This document shows positions 47,615 to 56,944 of a DNA stretch of 64,000 nt, one piece after another. Under the pieces are notes generated by a model, which saw only the letters and a program-made list of their open reading frames with translations, searched no databases and had not been told where the DNA came from. Each line of letters begins with the position of its first letter. The first letter of the stretch is position 1. Source of the DNA: Kiritimatiellia bacterium (GTDB taxonomy: Bacteria > Verrucomicrobiota > Kiritimatiellia > RFP12 > UBA1067); the NCBI GenBank assembly GCA_050949565.1, contig JBMNFY010000017.1, positions 448,001 to 512,000 of the forward strand, written 5' to 3'. A program made the translations under genes and the position numbers.

Positions 47615-48961
47615 ATGGTTCGCAGGACGTTCATAAAGACGGCTGGGCTTTCGGCTGGCGCGTTTTGGGTGCGCCGGCCTACGCATGCGGCGCAATCGAG
47701 CGGTGCCGGATTGCCGGCGCTGCTGGGCGGCGAGAAAGCATACCGGGGGAAGTGGCCGACGTGGCCGCGCTGGATACCGGAACATGACGAACCCGGATTC
47801 CTCAAGTGCCTGCGCAGCGGCGTCTGGTCGCGCGCCGCCACGGTGACAGAATTTGAAAAGCGCTGGGCTGAGGCCGTGGGTGCCAAGCGCTGCTTGGCCG
47901 TGGTCAATGGAACGAACGCGCTGATCACGGCGCTGGCCCAACTCGGGATCGGTGCGGGCGATGAGGTCATTCTGCCGCCCTACACGTTTATCGCGACGGC
48001 GCAGGCGATCCTGATGAACGGCGCGATCCCGGTGTTTTGCGACATCGATCCCGCCACCTACCAAATCGACCCCCGCAGAATCGAGAGCAAGATCACGTCG
48101 CGGACCCGCGCGATCCTGCCGGTGCACATCTTGGGATTGCCCGCCGACATGGCCGCCATCACGGCCCTTGCCAAGAAACACGGCTTGTATGTGGTCGAAG
48201 ACGCCTGTCAGGCGTGGCTGGCCGAGGTCAACGGGAAGAAGTGCGGCACGCTGGGCAATGCCGGATGCTACAGTTTCCAGAACTCGAAGAACCTCGCGAT
48301 CGGTGAGGGCGGTGCGATTGTCAGTGACGACGACGCCTTTATGGACCGGTGTCACGCCTATCACAACTATGGCAACGCCTACGGCACGGCGGTCGGTGTG
48401 GTCGGAGCCGGCACAGCCATGCTGGGCACCAAGCTGCGCTACACCGAGTATCAGGCGGCGATGGGGCTGGCGCAACTCAAGCGCCTGCCGGCGGAGACCG
48501 CGTTGCGTCATGAGAACGCGGAGTATCTTAAAGCACGGCTCAGCAAGATTCCCGGGATCATCCCCTACCGCTTCTCTCCCGGCGTGACGCGTGCCGCCTT
48601 CCACCTCTTCCCGTTCAGGTTCGACAGCGAGGCGTTCGGCGGCGGACTCACGCGTTCGACCTTCTTGAAGGCGCTCGCCGCAGAAGGCGTCCCCTGTTCA
48701 TCGGGCTATACGCCGCTGAATAAGATGCCGTATGTCAAACACGCCTTTGAGACCAAGAACTTCCGGCGGATGTACACGGCGGAAGAGCTGGATTACGACG
48801 CATGGCTGGCGCGCAACCAGTGCCCTGAAAACGACCGGATTTGCCAAACGCTCGTCTGGCTGCCGCAGCATGTGCTACTGGCCGACCGCGCAGCGATGGA
48901 CCGCATCGCCGACGCCGTCGCGAAATTGCACGCCCACGCGGACAAGTTGGCGAAGGCCTGA
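47615..48961 (+). CDS. DegT/DnrJ/EryC1/StrS PLP aminotransferase with Tat-like leader
   Basis: NGTNAL, GDEVILPPYTFIAT, EDACQA, SFQNSKNL (PLP lysine); leader MVRRTFIK. Confidence 0.9.
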   Translation: MVRRTFIKTAGLSAGAFWVRRPTHAAQSSGAGLPALLGGEKAYRGKWPTWPRWIPEHDEPGFLKCLRSGVWSRAATVTEFEKRWAEAVGAKRCLAVVNGTNALITALAQLGIGAGDEVILPPYTFIATAQAILMNGAIPVFCDIDPATYQIDPRRIESKITSRTRAILPVHILGLPADMAAITALAKKHGLYVVEDACQAWLAEVNGKKCGTLGNAGCYSFQNSKNLAIGEGGAIVSDDDAFMDRCHAYHNYGNAYGTAVGVVGAGTAMLGTKLRYTEYQAAMGLAQLKRLPAETALRHENAEYLKARLSKIPGIIPYRFSPGVTRAAFHLFPFRFDSEAFGGGLTRSTFLKALAAEGVPCSSGYTPLNKMPYVKHAFETKNFRRMYTAEELDYDAWLARNQCPENDRICQTLVWLPQHVLLADRAAMDRIADAVAKLHAHADKLAKA

Positions 48962-49050
48962 GCGAATCTTCAAAGCGGCGGTCGGCAAACGCCCGGTTTT
49001 CTCCGGGACGACCGTCGCGCACCTCTAACCCTTGATACTGGGTAAACATC

Positions 49051-50388
49051 ATGTCTGATTCATTCGAGAGTTTTTCTATCCACGCGACAACGACATCACA
49101 CGCCGGCCGGGGCCTCGTTGCCCGCGTCTTTAACTCGGGCTTCAAAGAGGCGCATGACACCTACAACGGATTATCGATCGCCAGCGACGGCCGCGTGTAC
49201 TATGTGCTCTGCTCGACATCGATCGATTTCGGCGGTCGCGTTTTCCGCTACGATCCCCGCACCGATACCCTTGATTGCCTCGGCGATCTGACGGAGATGT
49301 GCGGCGAAAAAGACCGCCGGACAGTGCCGCAGGGCAAGAGCCACGTGCTCTTTTACGAATATCAAGGGAAGCTCTACTTCTCGACCCACGCCGGATATTA
49401 CAACATGGTAGACGGCATGGAGCGAATGGCAACCGAGGTCCCCCCCGGCTATCACCCCTACCCCGGCGGACATCTGCTGGCCTATGATCTGAAAAGCGGC
49501 CAGTGCGAAGACCTCGGTTTGGCACCGGATGGCGAGGCGGTGCTCGCCATGGGGATGGATACGCGGCGCGGCGCGATATACGGTATCACATGGCCGGTCG
49601 GGATTTTCTTTTGCTTTGACGTCGCCAGCGGAACATGGCGGAACTTAGGACCGGTTTCCGGTCAGGGAGAGAGCGGATCGGGTACCACTTACCGCGTGCT
49701 TTGCCGTTCCATCCCCATCGACCCCGAAACAGGCGTCGCGTACTTCACCAATCCGGAAGGCGATATCTTTTACTACGAGCCGGGGGCGGACAGAGTTGCC
49801 CGGCTTGTCGGCGAAGACATGCGCAAAGATTATTTCGGTCGGTACGTGCCGCACGACTCAGGCTGCATGGGCTATCATTGGCGTCAGGTGATCTGGCACC
49901 CGCAGGAAAAAGTCTTCTACGGCGTGCACGGCAACTCGGGGTACTTGTTCCGATTTGATCCGCGCCAACCGCGCATCGACGTGCTGGAGCGGTTGACCTC
50001 GGGTCCGTCCCGGCGTTCCGGCATGGGCGATCAATTCAGCTACGGCTATCTGGGGTTCACTCTGGGACCTGACGGGCGGACGCTGTACTACCTGACGGGC
50101 GGCCCCGTCTATGAACAGGGCCGACGGGTAGCGGGATTGAACAAGGTTGCAATGGGCATGGCCAAGGGCGTAGAGAACCTGCACCTGGTGACGTACGATA
50201 TTCCTGATGGCATTTACAAAGATCACGGCCCCGTCTTCTATCCAGACGGCGGGCACCCCACCTATGTGAACTCCATTGCCGTCGCGCCCGACCGTACGGT
50301 ATACACGCTGGCGCGCGTCACAGAGAACGGCCATACGCGCACCGACCTCGTTCAGATTGCACCACCCGAATTGAAGGGGACAGCATGA
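49051..50388 (+). CDS. Hypothetical beta-propeller protein
   Basis: Repeated ASDGRVYY, YDPRT, YDLKSG and GPDGRTLYY motifs; QGKSH motif. Confidence 0.75.
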   Translation: MSDSFESFSIHATTTSHAGRGLVARVFNSGFKEAHDTYNGLSIASDGRVYYVLCSTSIDFGGRVFRYDPRTDTLDCLGDLTEMCGEKDRRTVPQGKSHVLFYEYQGKLYFSTHAGYYNMVDGMERMATEVPPGYHPYPGGHLLAYDLKSGQCEDLGLAPDGEAVLAMGMDTRRGAIYGITWPVGIFFCFDVASGTWRNLGPVSGQGESGSGTTYRVLCRSIPIDPETGVAYFTNPEGDIFYYEPGADRVARLVGEDMRKDYFGRYVPHDSGCMGYHWRQVIWHPQEKVFYGVHGNSGYLFRFDPRQPRIDVLERLTSGPSRRSGMGDQFSYGYLGFTLGPDGRTLYYLTGGPVYEQGRRVAGLNKVAMGMAKGVENLHLVTYDIPDGIYKDHGPVFYPDGGHPTYVNSIAVAPDRTVYTLARVTENGHTRTDLVQIAPPELKGTA

Positions 50389-51782
50389 GCACGAACATCA
50401 ACCAGCCAGCGATAAAGACATCGGACGGGGCGGGCACATTGTGGTGGCGCACGGTCGCGACATGCGTGCGAAAGGCGATGGGCCTCGTGTGTATCTTCTG
50501 TGCGGCTGTCGGCGTGTCGGCCGAACCGGGCATGCTCAAGGTGGGTATCGGGCGCGCCGACATCACGCCGGACATGCAGCAGCCGGTCTGGCTGGCGGGA
50601 TATGCGGCCCGCTCCGCACCCGCGACCGGCACGCTCCACCGCATCTGGGCGAAGGCGCTGGCCTTTGAAGAAAATCCTGGACAGTGCGCCGTGCTCGTGA
50701 CGGTCGATGTGATCGGACTCACGCGCGAAATCACGGACGTCGTCGCGGAAACCATCCACAAGCGGCACGGCGTCCCGCGGGCGCACCTCGTCTTCAATGC
50801 CTCGCACACCCATTCCGGTCCGGTGATCTGGCCGACTCTGAGCGTATGCGACGCCTTCACACCACAGGAACGGCAGCAGACGATCCGGCAGAACCGAGAG
50901 ATGACCGAACGCATCATCGCCGCCGTGGACATGGCGATGGCGACACGTGCGCCTGCCCGCTTGGCGACCGGACGCGGCACCGCAGGATTCGCCATCAATC
51001 GCCGCAAGCGAGAGGTCGCGCCGGTGGACCACACTGTGCCGGTTCTGCGCGTGTGCGCGCTGGACGGCGCGGTACGCGCGGTGGTCTTCAACTACGCCTG
51101 CCACTGCACCACGCTGACCGCGAATAACCTCATGGTCAACGGCGACTACGCCGGTTTTGCGATGCTGGAACTGGAGTCGACCTGGCCGGGCGCGACCGCG
51201 TTCTTTATCCAAGGATGCGCGGCCGATCAAAATCCAGAGCCGCGCCACACCGAGGCGTGTGCGCGACAGCACGGGCAGGCCCTCGCCGCAGCCGTGCGCG
51301 ATGTGATGAGCCGCCCGATGCAGGATGTCACGGGGCCACTGAATATGCGGCTCGTGGAAACGCGCCTGACTTTTGCGCCGGTACCGCTCGCCCGCATGCG
51401 CGAAGAGGCGCTGGACACGAATCGCTTCAAACAGAAGCGCGCGCAACTGATGCTCGAAGCCTACTGCTGCGGGGCCCCCGTCACTTCAATGCCCTACACC
51501 GTTCAGGCATTACGCTTCGGCAACGCACTGACCTTCCTTTTCTTGAACGGTGAGGTCGTCATCGACTACACGTTGCGGGCGCGCCGCGAGTTCCCGGACG
51601 ACAATCTGGTGGTGGCGGGCTACTGCAACGATGTGCAGGCGTACATCCCGTCGCTCAGGGTCCTTAAAGAGGGCGGGTATGAAGCGAACGACAGTATGAT
51701 CTACTACGGCCAGCCCGGACCATTTACCGACGATGTCGAGGAAACCGTTTTCCGCGCCATCCGCGATGTCCTCACGCGCTAG
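50385..51782 (+). CDS. Neutral/alkaline ceramidase N-terminal-domain protein
   Basis: ADITP, LAGYAAR, ASHTHSGP, YACHCT, GDYAG, QGCAADQNP, YIPS.RVLKEGGYE; start may lie downstream. Confidence 0.85.
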   Translation: MSTNINQPAIKTSDGAGTLWWRTVATCVRKAMGLVCIFCAAVGVSAEPGMLKVGIGRADITPDMQQPVWLAGYAARSAPATGTLHRIWAKALAFEENPGQCAVLVTVDVIGLTREITDVVAETIHKRHGVPRAHLVFNASHTHSGPVIWPTLSVCDAFTPQERQQTIRQNREMTERIIAAVDMAMATRAPARLATGRGTAGFAINRRKREVAPVDHTVPVLRVCALDGAVRAVVFNYACHCTTLTANNLMVNGDYAGFAMLELESTWPGATAFFIQGCAADQNPEPRHTEACARQHGQALAAAVRDVMSRPMQDVTGPLNMRLVETRLTFAPVPLARMREEALDTNRFKQKRAQLMLEAYCCGAPVTSMPYTVQALRFGNALTFLFLNGEVVIDYTLRARREFPDDNLVVAGYCNDVQAYIPSLRVLKEGGYEANDSMIYYGQPGPFTDDVEETVFRAIRDVLTR

Positions 51783-51789
51783 GAGAAAA

Positions 51790-51817
51790 CTCCTAATTCC
51801 TAAATCCTAAATCCTCC
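51790..51817. repeat. Short 7-nt-period tandem motif
   Basis: TCCTAATTCCTAAATCCTAAATCCT. Confidence 0.6.
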
Positions 51818-51907
51818 TTCAGGGTTCGACTCAACGCGGTTGAATCGAACCCTGCCGCCGCTTCCGGCTTGCAACCGGACGGAGGCTTGTGTTGTAATCG
51901 ATACGCA

Positions 51908-52888
51908 ATGGAAAAAAAGAATTCATACACGTTCGTGCTCAGCAAAGAGCAGCAGGAAACGCTGAAAATCCTCCTCCAGATGGGCAACTACCGCCCGAAG
52001 CAGGTGCCGCACACCATCATTGCGGTTGAGGCGCAGGATTGCGTGGTCAACCTGTACAAGAGCGGCAAGTGTCTGGTACAGGGGAAAGGTGCAGAGGATT
52101 TCGTTCTCTTCTTCCTCGAACCCAACGTGTTGCAGTCCGCAACCCTCGGGTACGAAGAGGTGCTCAACCCAGACCTCGTGGCCCCGCACATGGGCATCGA
52201 CGAGAGCGGCAAGGGCGATTTCTTTGGACCGCTGGTAGCCTGCGCAGTGTATGTCGATCCTGACCTCGCCCACGCCATGCAGGAAATTGGCGTTAAAGAC
52301 TGTAAGCAGCTCACCGACAAAGCGGTTTTCTTCATCGGCAACAAGACGCGCAAACTTCTGGGGCCTAAGCGTTTCGCCATGGTGACCATCGGTCCCGAGG
52401 CCTACAACCGGCTCTACGCCAAGATCCGCAATGTCAACTCACTGCTGGCTTGGGCGCACGCGCGCTGTATCGAAAACCTGCTGGAAAACGTGCCGGATTG
52501 TCCGCGCGCCGTGGCCGACCAATTCGGCGCCGAGCAGGTGATCAAGCGGGCGCTGATGAAGAAGGGGCGCTCGATCAAGCTCGAACAGCGCCACAAAGCC
52601 GAGTCCGACATCGCGGTCGCGGCGGCATCCGTGCTGGCGCGCGAAGCCTTCCTGCGCAGTTTGGGTCGTCTGGGCGAAGCGCACGGTGTCCAAATGCCCA
52701 AAGGGGCTTCGGAACAGGTCAAGACTGCAGCTATCGAGCTGGTCAAGAAAGCCGGTCCCGAGGTGCTTCTCAAAACCAGCAAATGCCACTTCAAGACCAC
52801 GGATCAGGTGTTGGCCGCCTGCGGCTCCTCACGCGCCGCGCTCGGACCAGAAGGGCAGGCCGTCTCGCGCAGCAAAGAGGCTAAGTAG
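51908..52888 (+). CDS. rnhC: Ribonuclease HIII
   Basis: N-terminal TBP-like domain (LYKSGKCLVQG), GIDESGKGDFFGPL, VKDCK, ADQF, AVAAASVLAR, KCHFKT. Confidence 0.93.
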   Translation: MEKKNSYTFVLSKEQQETLKILLQMGNYRPKQVPHTIIAVEAQDCVVNLYKSGKCLVQGKGAEDFVLFFLEPNVLQSATLGYEEVLNPDLVAPHMGIDESGKGDFFGPLVACAVYVDPDLAHAMQEIGVKDCKQLTDKAVFFIGNKTRKLLGPKRFAMVTIGPEAYNRLYAKIRNVNSLLAWAHARCIENLLENVPDCPRAVADQFGAEQVIKRALMKKGRSIKLEQRHKAESDIAVAAASVLAREAFLRSLGRLGEAHGVQMPKGASEQVKTAAIELVKKAGPEVLLKTSKCHFKTTDQVLAACGSSRAALGPEGQAVSRSKEAK

Positions 52889-53338
52889 CTACTCCACCCA
52901 CTCGCGTGTGCGGCGGATCTCCCAGTATCCCGGCTGCCACTGCTTGCAGCGCCGTCCGTACGCATCGATCGCCTCAACCCAGCATCCTTCGATCCACACG
53001 CGCTCTTCGCGCTCCCGCCAGTAGCCGCGCGGTGCCACCACAACCGGTGCAGGCGCGACTACGACCGGCGCCGGTGCCACCACGACTGGCGGCGGTGCAA
53101 CGATCACAGGCGGCGGACAACCGAAAGGCCGCGGATGCGGTATCGGGTGCCTGCGATGGTGAAAATGGCCGGGATGGGGATGGTGCCCTCTCCCGCTGTT
53201 GATCCCGAGAGCAAAAAAGCTGCCGCCGTTGCTGACGCCCAAACCAACGCTCACACGATCCGCGCGCGCCGGCACAACCGCCAGCAGCCCCGCCACAATG
53301 ACCGTTCCGAAAAGTGTTATCTGTGTTCTCTTGTTCAT
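52889..53338 (-). CDS. Small secreted His/Pro-rich protein with WxxGxW repeats
   Basis: Signal peptide, PVVVAPA repeats, RGYW, VWIEGCW and WQPGYW. Confidence 0.75.
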   Translation of the reverse strand: MNKRTQITLFGTVIVAGLLAVVPARADRVSVGLGVSNGGSFFALGINSGRGHHPHPGHFHHRRHPIPHPRPFGCPPPVIVAPPPVVVAPAPVVVAPAPVVVAPRGYWREREERVWIEGCWVEAIDAYGRRCKQWQPGYWEIRRTREWVE

Positions 53339-53505
53339 GTCCCCACCTTTCTGACGCCAGCGAGCGGCCTCTCCGCTCTTCAAATGCGCCTTTCAGCATG
53401 TTAAACGATTGATTAAAAGTGTTATTGCTTGATGCGGCACTTTTTTTTTGCCGATGGCGGATAATTATGGCTTAATATGCCGTACAAACAAAAGAGGATG
53501 GATAG

Positions 53506-54210
53506 ATGGCTGAGTTGATTGTTGCGCTGGATGTTTCTTCCAAGACTGAGGTCGAGCAGACCGTTGACCGGTTGGGAGATGCGGTCTCTTTTTACAAAAT
53601 CGGGCTGGAGCTTTTCAGCGCGGTCGGACCGGATGTGGTACGCGCAGTGAAAAACCGCGGCAAACGTGTCTTTCTCGATCTCAAGCTGCACGACATCCCG
53701 CGCACCGTGGAACGCGCGGTCAGCGTCGGTGCCTCGCTGGGCGCGGACCTGATGACCATTCATGCGGCCGGTGGTAAAGCGATGATTCAGGCGGCAAAGA
53801 ACGCCGCGCTCGCCGCAGGTGCCGGAGCCCCGAAGATTCTGGCCGTCACGATCCTGACCAGTCTTGACCAGTCCGATCTGGACGATCTCGGCATCACCCG
53901 TTCGGTGGCGGCACAGGTCGAGGCGCTGGGAAAGCTTGCCTGCGGCAACGGTGCTGACGGCATCGTCTGTTCGCCGCGTGAAGTGGCCGCCATGCGTGCG
54001 GCACTGGGGCCGCACGCTCTGCTCGTAACTCCGGGCGTGCGTCCTGCTGGCGCAGACGTAGGCGACCAGAAGCGCGTGGCCACGCCGGCGCAGGCGGTGG
54101 CGGATGGCTCCACCCATCTGGTGGTCGGACGTCCGATCCTCGCGGCGGCCGACCCGTGCGCCGCTGCGCGTGCGATTGCCGCTGAAATGGCCGGTGCCTC
54201 ACGCTGCTGA
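53506..54210 (+). CDS. pyrF: Orotidine-5'-phosphate decarboxylase
   Basis: IVALD, KIGLELF, FLDLKLHDIP, VTPGVRP, DQKRV, VVGRPI. Confidence 0.97.
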   Translation: MAELIVALDVSSKTEVEQTVDRLGDAVSFYKIGLELFSAVGPDVVRAVKNRGKRVFLDLKLHDIPRTVERAVSVGASLGADLMTIHAAGGKAMIQAAKNAALAAGAGAPKILAVTILTSLDQSDLDDLGITRSVAAQVEALGKLACGNGADGIVCSPREVAAMRAALGPHALLVTPGVRPAGADVGDQKRVATPAQAVADGSTHLVVGRPILAAADPCAAARAIAAEMAGASRC

Positions 54211-54219
54211 CCCGTGGAA

Positions 54220-54355
54220 CAAACTAACGCGGGCGGAGCCCGCAACCCAATGGGTTGACCCGCGACGTTCGACCCGCGACTTGCGGCTGGAGCAGCCCCC
54301 CAAAAAGCCTCTGCGCCTTTGCGTTAAGCAAACCTGAGCACTGCCCCAAAACCCT
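54220..54355. repeat. Modular intergenic repeat mosaic between convergent genes
   Basis: AACGCGGGCGGAGCCCGC hairpin (as at 10443), GACCCGCGACGTTCGACCCGCGAC, and CCTCTGCGCCTTTGCGTTAA plus linker. Confidence 0.8.
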
Positions 54356-54406
54356 GAGAAAAAAACGCAATACCATTTGTGGACGGGGGCGTGGTCATCC
54401 GGATGC

Positions 54407-55813
54407 TCAGCCGGGCTGACGCATTGAGCCTGCAACGCCGATCACCGTCTGTTGCCCATTCTTAAGCGGCGCCAGCGCCAGTTCCAGCGCAACGGACATC
54501 CCGTCGGCCACAGAGACGTTGACCGTCTCGCGGACCTTATCGCCGCATACTGCCCGCAGGAAGAGGCTGGCGGCATCGGGCAGCAGGTCCACAAAGCGCA
54601 CCCGCTTGGCTTGTCTGACATCCGGGATACCGAACGCCTCAAGCAAAGCCGGATTGACTACTTGGAAAAAGCCGTCGATATCGCACACAAAGCAGGGCGA
54701 AAACGACAACTCAAAAGCGGCTTGGCCACGCCGCATTTCATCCATGGCGTTCTTGCGTCGCTCCACATTGCGGATCGCGAAGACCATGTTGGATGCGCGG
54801 GTCAAAGCCAGCGTGCTGACCCCGACCTCACCCGCGAACGAGGTGCCGTCCTTGCGGAAGCAGCGCGCGTCGATCAAAATCTGATGGTTGTCCTTGAGAT
54901 TGCGCCTGAGATGCTCGAACATCTGCCGCGACATGCCGGGGATCACCTTTTCAATCGACATATCCCACGTCTCTTCGCGTGAATATCCGAGAACCTCCGT
55001 GACCCGTCTGCTGACATCCACCACATGGCCCCGGTCGTCCAAGATCAGGATCGCGTCATACAGCCCGTCCATCAACTGATAATAGAGCGCGCGCTGATCG
55101 GGCTTGGGCCGCACCCACTCGCTCGGAGCAGAAGTGGAGGCCGCAGCACCACCCTGTTGCGCGTCGGCGGGCTCCGCTGGCGCCGCGGATATCGGCGGCG
55201 ATGGCGTGGCCGCGCCGGCGGCAGGTGCCGCCGCTTTCGTCTTCATGCGCAACGAAAAGGTCGGCTTAGACGCCGCCGCCTCGGACGCGGCAGCAGGCAC
55301 CGACTGTGACTTCTCCGATACAGCCCTAAGCGTAGGTGCAGGTGCGGACGTAGACGTCGATTGTAACTTCCCAGAAACTGCCTTAAGCGTAAACGTCGGC
55401 CGCCGCTCCTCCAAGACGACCTTGGGGACGGTCTCGGACTTAGGAGCGGTCTCGGACACAGCCTCGGACGCCGGAGCGGTCTCAGACGAGGTCGCAGCAG
55501 CCGCCTCGGGGATGCGCGAGGTCAGACGCAGAGCGGGAGTCGTGCTGTCGTCCCTCTTCAACGTCGCCGGCGCAGTCTTAAGCGCCGCAACGACAGGCTC
55601 GGTCTCTTCCTCAATCGGTTGGACCGCAAGCAATGCCGTCCCGTCGATTTGGAGAGACGCGTCACCCCCGACGGCGTCATCTTCCGACCGGTCATCCGCC
55701 ACGGCCACATCCGCCACAGCCATCTCGGCCGCCTCATCGATCGCCGACTGTCCCGCGGCATTGAACGACGTGGCGTCCAGCCCTTTTTTCCCAAACCAGA
55801 ATTTCATTGCCAT
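54407..55813 (-). CDS. Protein with long disordered N-terminus and two C-terminal PAS domains, no output domain
   Basis: DAILILDDRG, LGYSREE, RKDGTSF; second PAS DIDGFFQVVNPA. Confidence 0.8.
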   Translation of the reverse strand: MAMKFWFGKKGLDATSFNAAGQSAIDEAAEMAVADVAVADDRSEDDAVGGDASLQIDGTALLAVQPIEEETEPVVAALKTAPATLKRDDSTTPALRLTSRIPEAAAATSSETAPASEAVSETAPKSETVPKVVLEERRPTFTLKAVSGKLQSTSTSAPAPTLRAVSEKSQSVPAAASEAAASKPTFSLRMKTKAAAPAAGAATPSPPISAAPAEPADAQQGGAAASTSAPSEWVRPKPDQRALYYQLMDGLYDAILILDDRGHVVDVSRRVTEVLGYSREETWDMSIEKVIPGMSRQMFEHLRRNLKDNHQILIDARCFRKDGTSFAGEVGVSTLALTRASNMVFAIRNVERRKNAMDEMRRGQAAFELSFSPCFVCDIDGFFQVVNPALLEAFGIPDVRQAKRVRFVDLLPDAASLFLRAVCGDKVRETVNVSVADGMSVALELALAPLKNGQQTVIGVAGSMRQPG

Positions 55814-55940
55814 GTCAAACGTTCCTAACCGGCGAATTAGGTAGCAGAATTAGTGCCAAACAAGCTCCCTAAAAAACCAACTTTGGCATGATACATGCAT
55901 TAGATGTACGCGAGTGTAACCGTTTGTTTGAGTGTTCGCA

Positions 55941-56930
55941 ATGAAAAAAACTTCTTATACCAAGGCCTCGCTGATCCGCGAGTTGGCTGCTAGTGCCGAA
56001 ATTACCCAGAAAAAGGCCCGTTTTATACTGGATGAACTCACGCGTATCGCCTACCGCGAGGCGGCGGATGGCGGGTTCACGGTTCCGGGGATATGCCGTT
56101 TGGACGTAGTTCTGCGCAAGCCCAGACGCATGAAAAATCCTCAAACTGGAGAAACCATTCTCATTGGTGAGCATCGCACGCTACGTGCGAGGATCGTAAA
56201 AGCCGCCCGGAATGCGGTCACCCCGCCGCCCGAAGATCTGGTCACCGTGCTTCCGGATGAGGGACCCACGCAAGCGGAGCTAGAGGATTTTTCCAATGCC
56301 ATTTCCTTCTGCTGCAAGAAATGCGGCCAGGAAATCGAAGCACCCCGCGCTGCCATAGGTATCGAGGCGCACTGCCCGGCTTGCGGCGCGTCCATCATCG
56401 TTCCGGCGGAATCAGAGGCGGGCACTCTGCACGGGCCAGCCCTGCCCACGCCGACCGTACCGCCTGCGGCCCCGACGACGGCGGCTCCCGAAACTCCGCC
56501 CGCGTCTCCGGATGCGACGTCCGCATCCCCGTTCACATCCCCCGCCACCCCAGAATCGTCCTCCACCACCTCGGAACCGTCTCCTGCGGCCACGTTCGCC
56601 GAACAGAAGGCACGCGGCGGCCAGACGATACGGATCGACCTGGCGGCATTGGGATTCGCGCCGGAAGAGCATGCCTCACCCAGAACTCTGTCGGCCAAGC
56701 GAATGCTTTCCTTCTTCTGTAAGAACTGCCGCCAAGAGATCGAAGCACCGGCAGACATGGCCGGGACCTCTTCAGAGTGTCCGGCTTGTGGTGTAAGCTT
56801 CGAGGTTCCCTTCTTCTCGGATCCCGGCACGCTGCACGGCAGCGACCTCGACGACAGAGAGCCGGGGGACCCGGAAGTCAGGGATGCGCGCGCGCGCACA
56901 ATCCGCATTGAGGTCCCAGACGATTTCTAA
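55941..56930 (+). CDS. HU/IHF-like DNA-binding domain fused to two zinc-ribbon modules
   Basis: TKASLIRELA, FTVPGI and RKPRRMKNPQTGETILI, then CKKC..CPAC and CKNC..CPAC. Confidence 0.85.
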   Translation: MKKTSYTKASLIRELAASAEITQKKARFILDELTRIAYREAADGGFTVPGICRLDVVLRKPRRMKNPQTGETILIGEHRTLRARIVKAARNAVTPPPEDLVTVLPDEGPTQAELEDFSNAISFCCKKCGQEIEAPRAAIGIEAHCPACGASIIVPAESEAGTLHGPALPTPTVPPAAPTTAAPETPPASPDATSASPFTSPATPESSSTTSEPSPAATFAEQKARGGQTIRIDLAALGFAPEEHASPRTLSAKRMLSFFCKNCRQEIEAPADMAGTSSECPACGVSFEVPFFSDPGTLHGSDLDDREPGDPEVRDARARTIRIEVPDDF

Positions 56931-56944
56931 CGGAGTTTCCGACC

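Noticed and set aside
51818-51890. tRNA/ncRNA-like hairpins upstream of rnhC (AGGGTTCGA...TCGAACCCT)
   Set aside because: A simple inverted repeat with no cloverleaf or CCA end; at most a terminator or REP-like hairpin.
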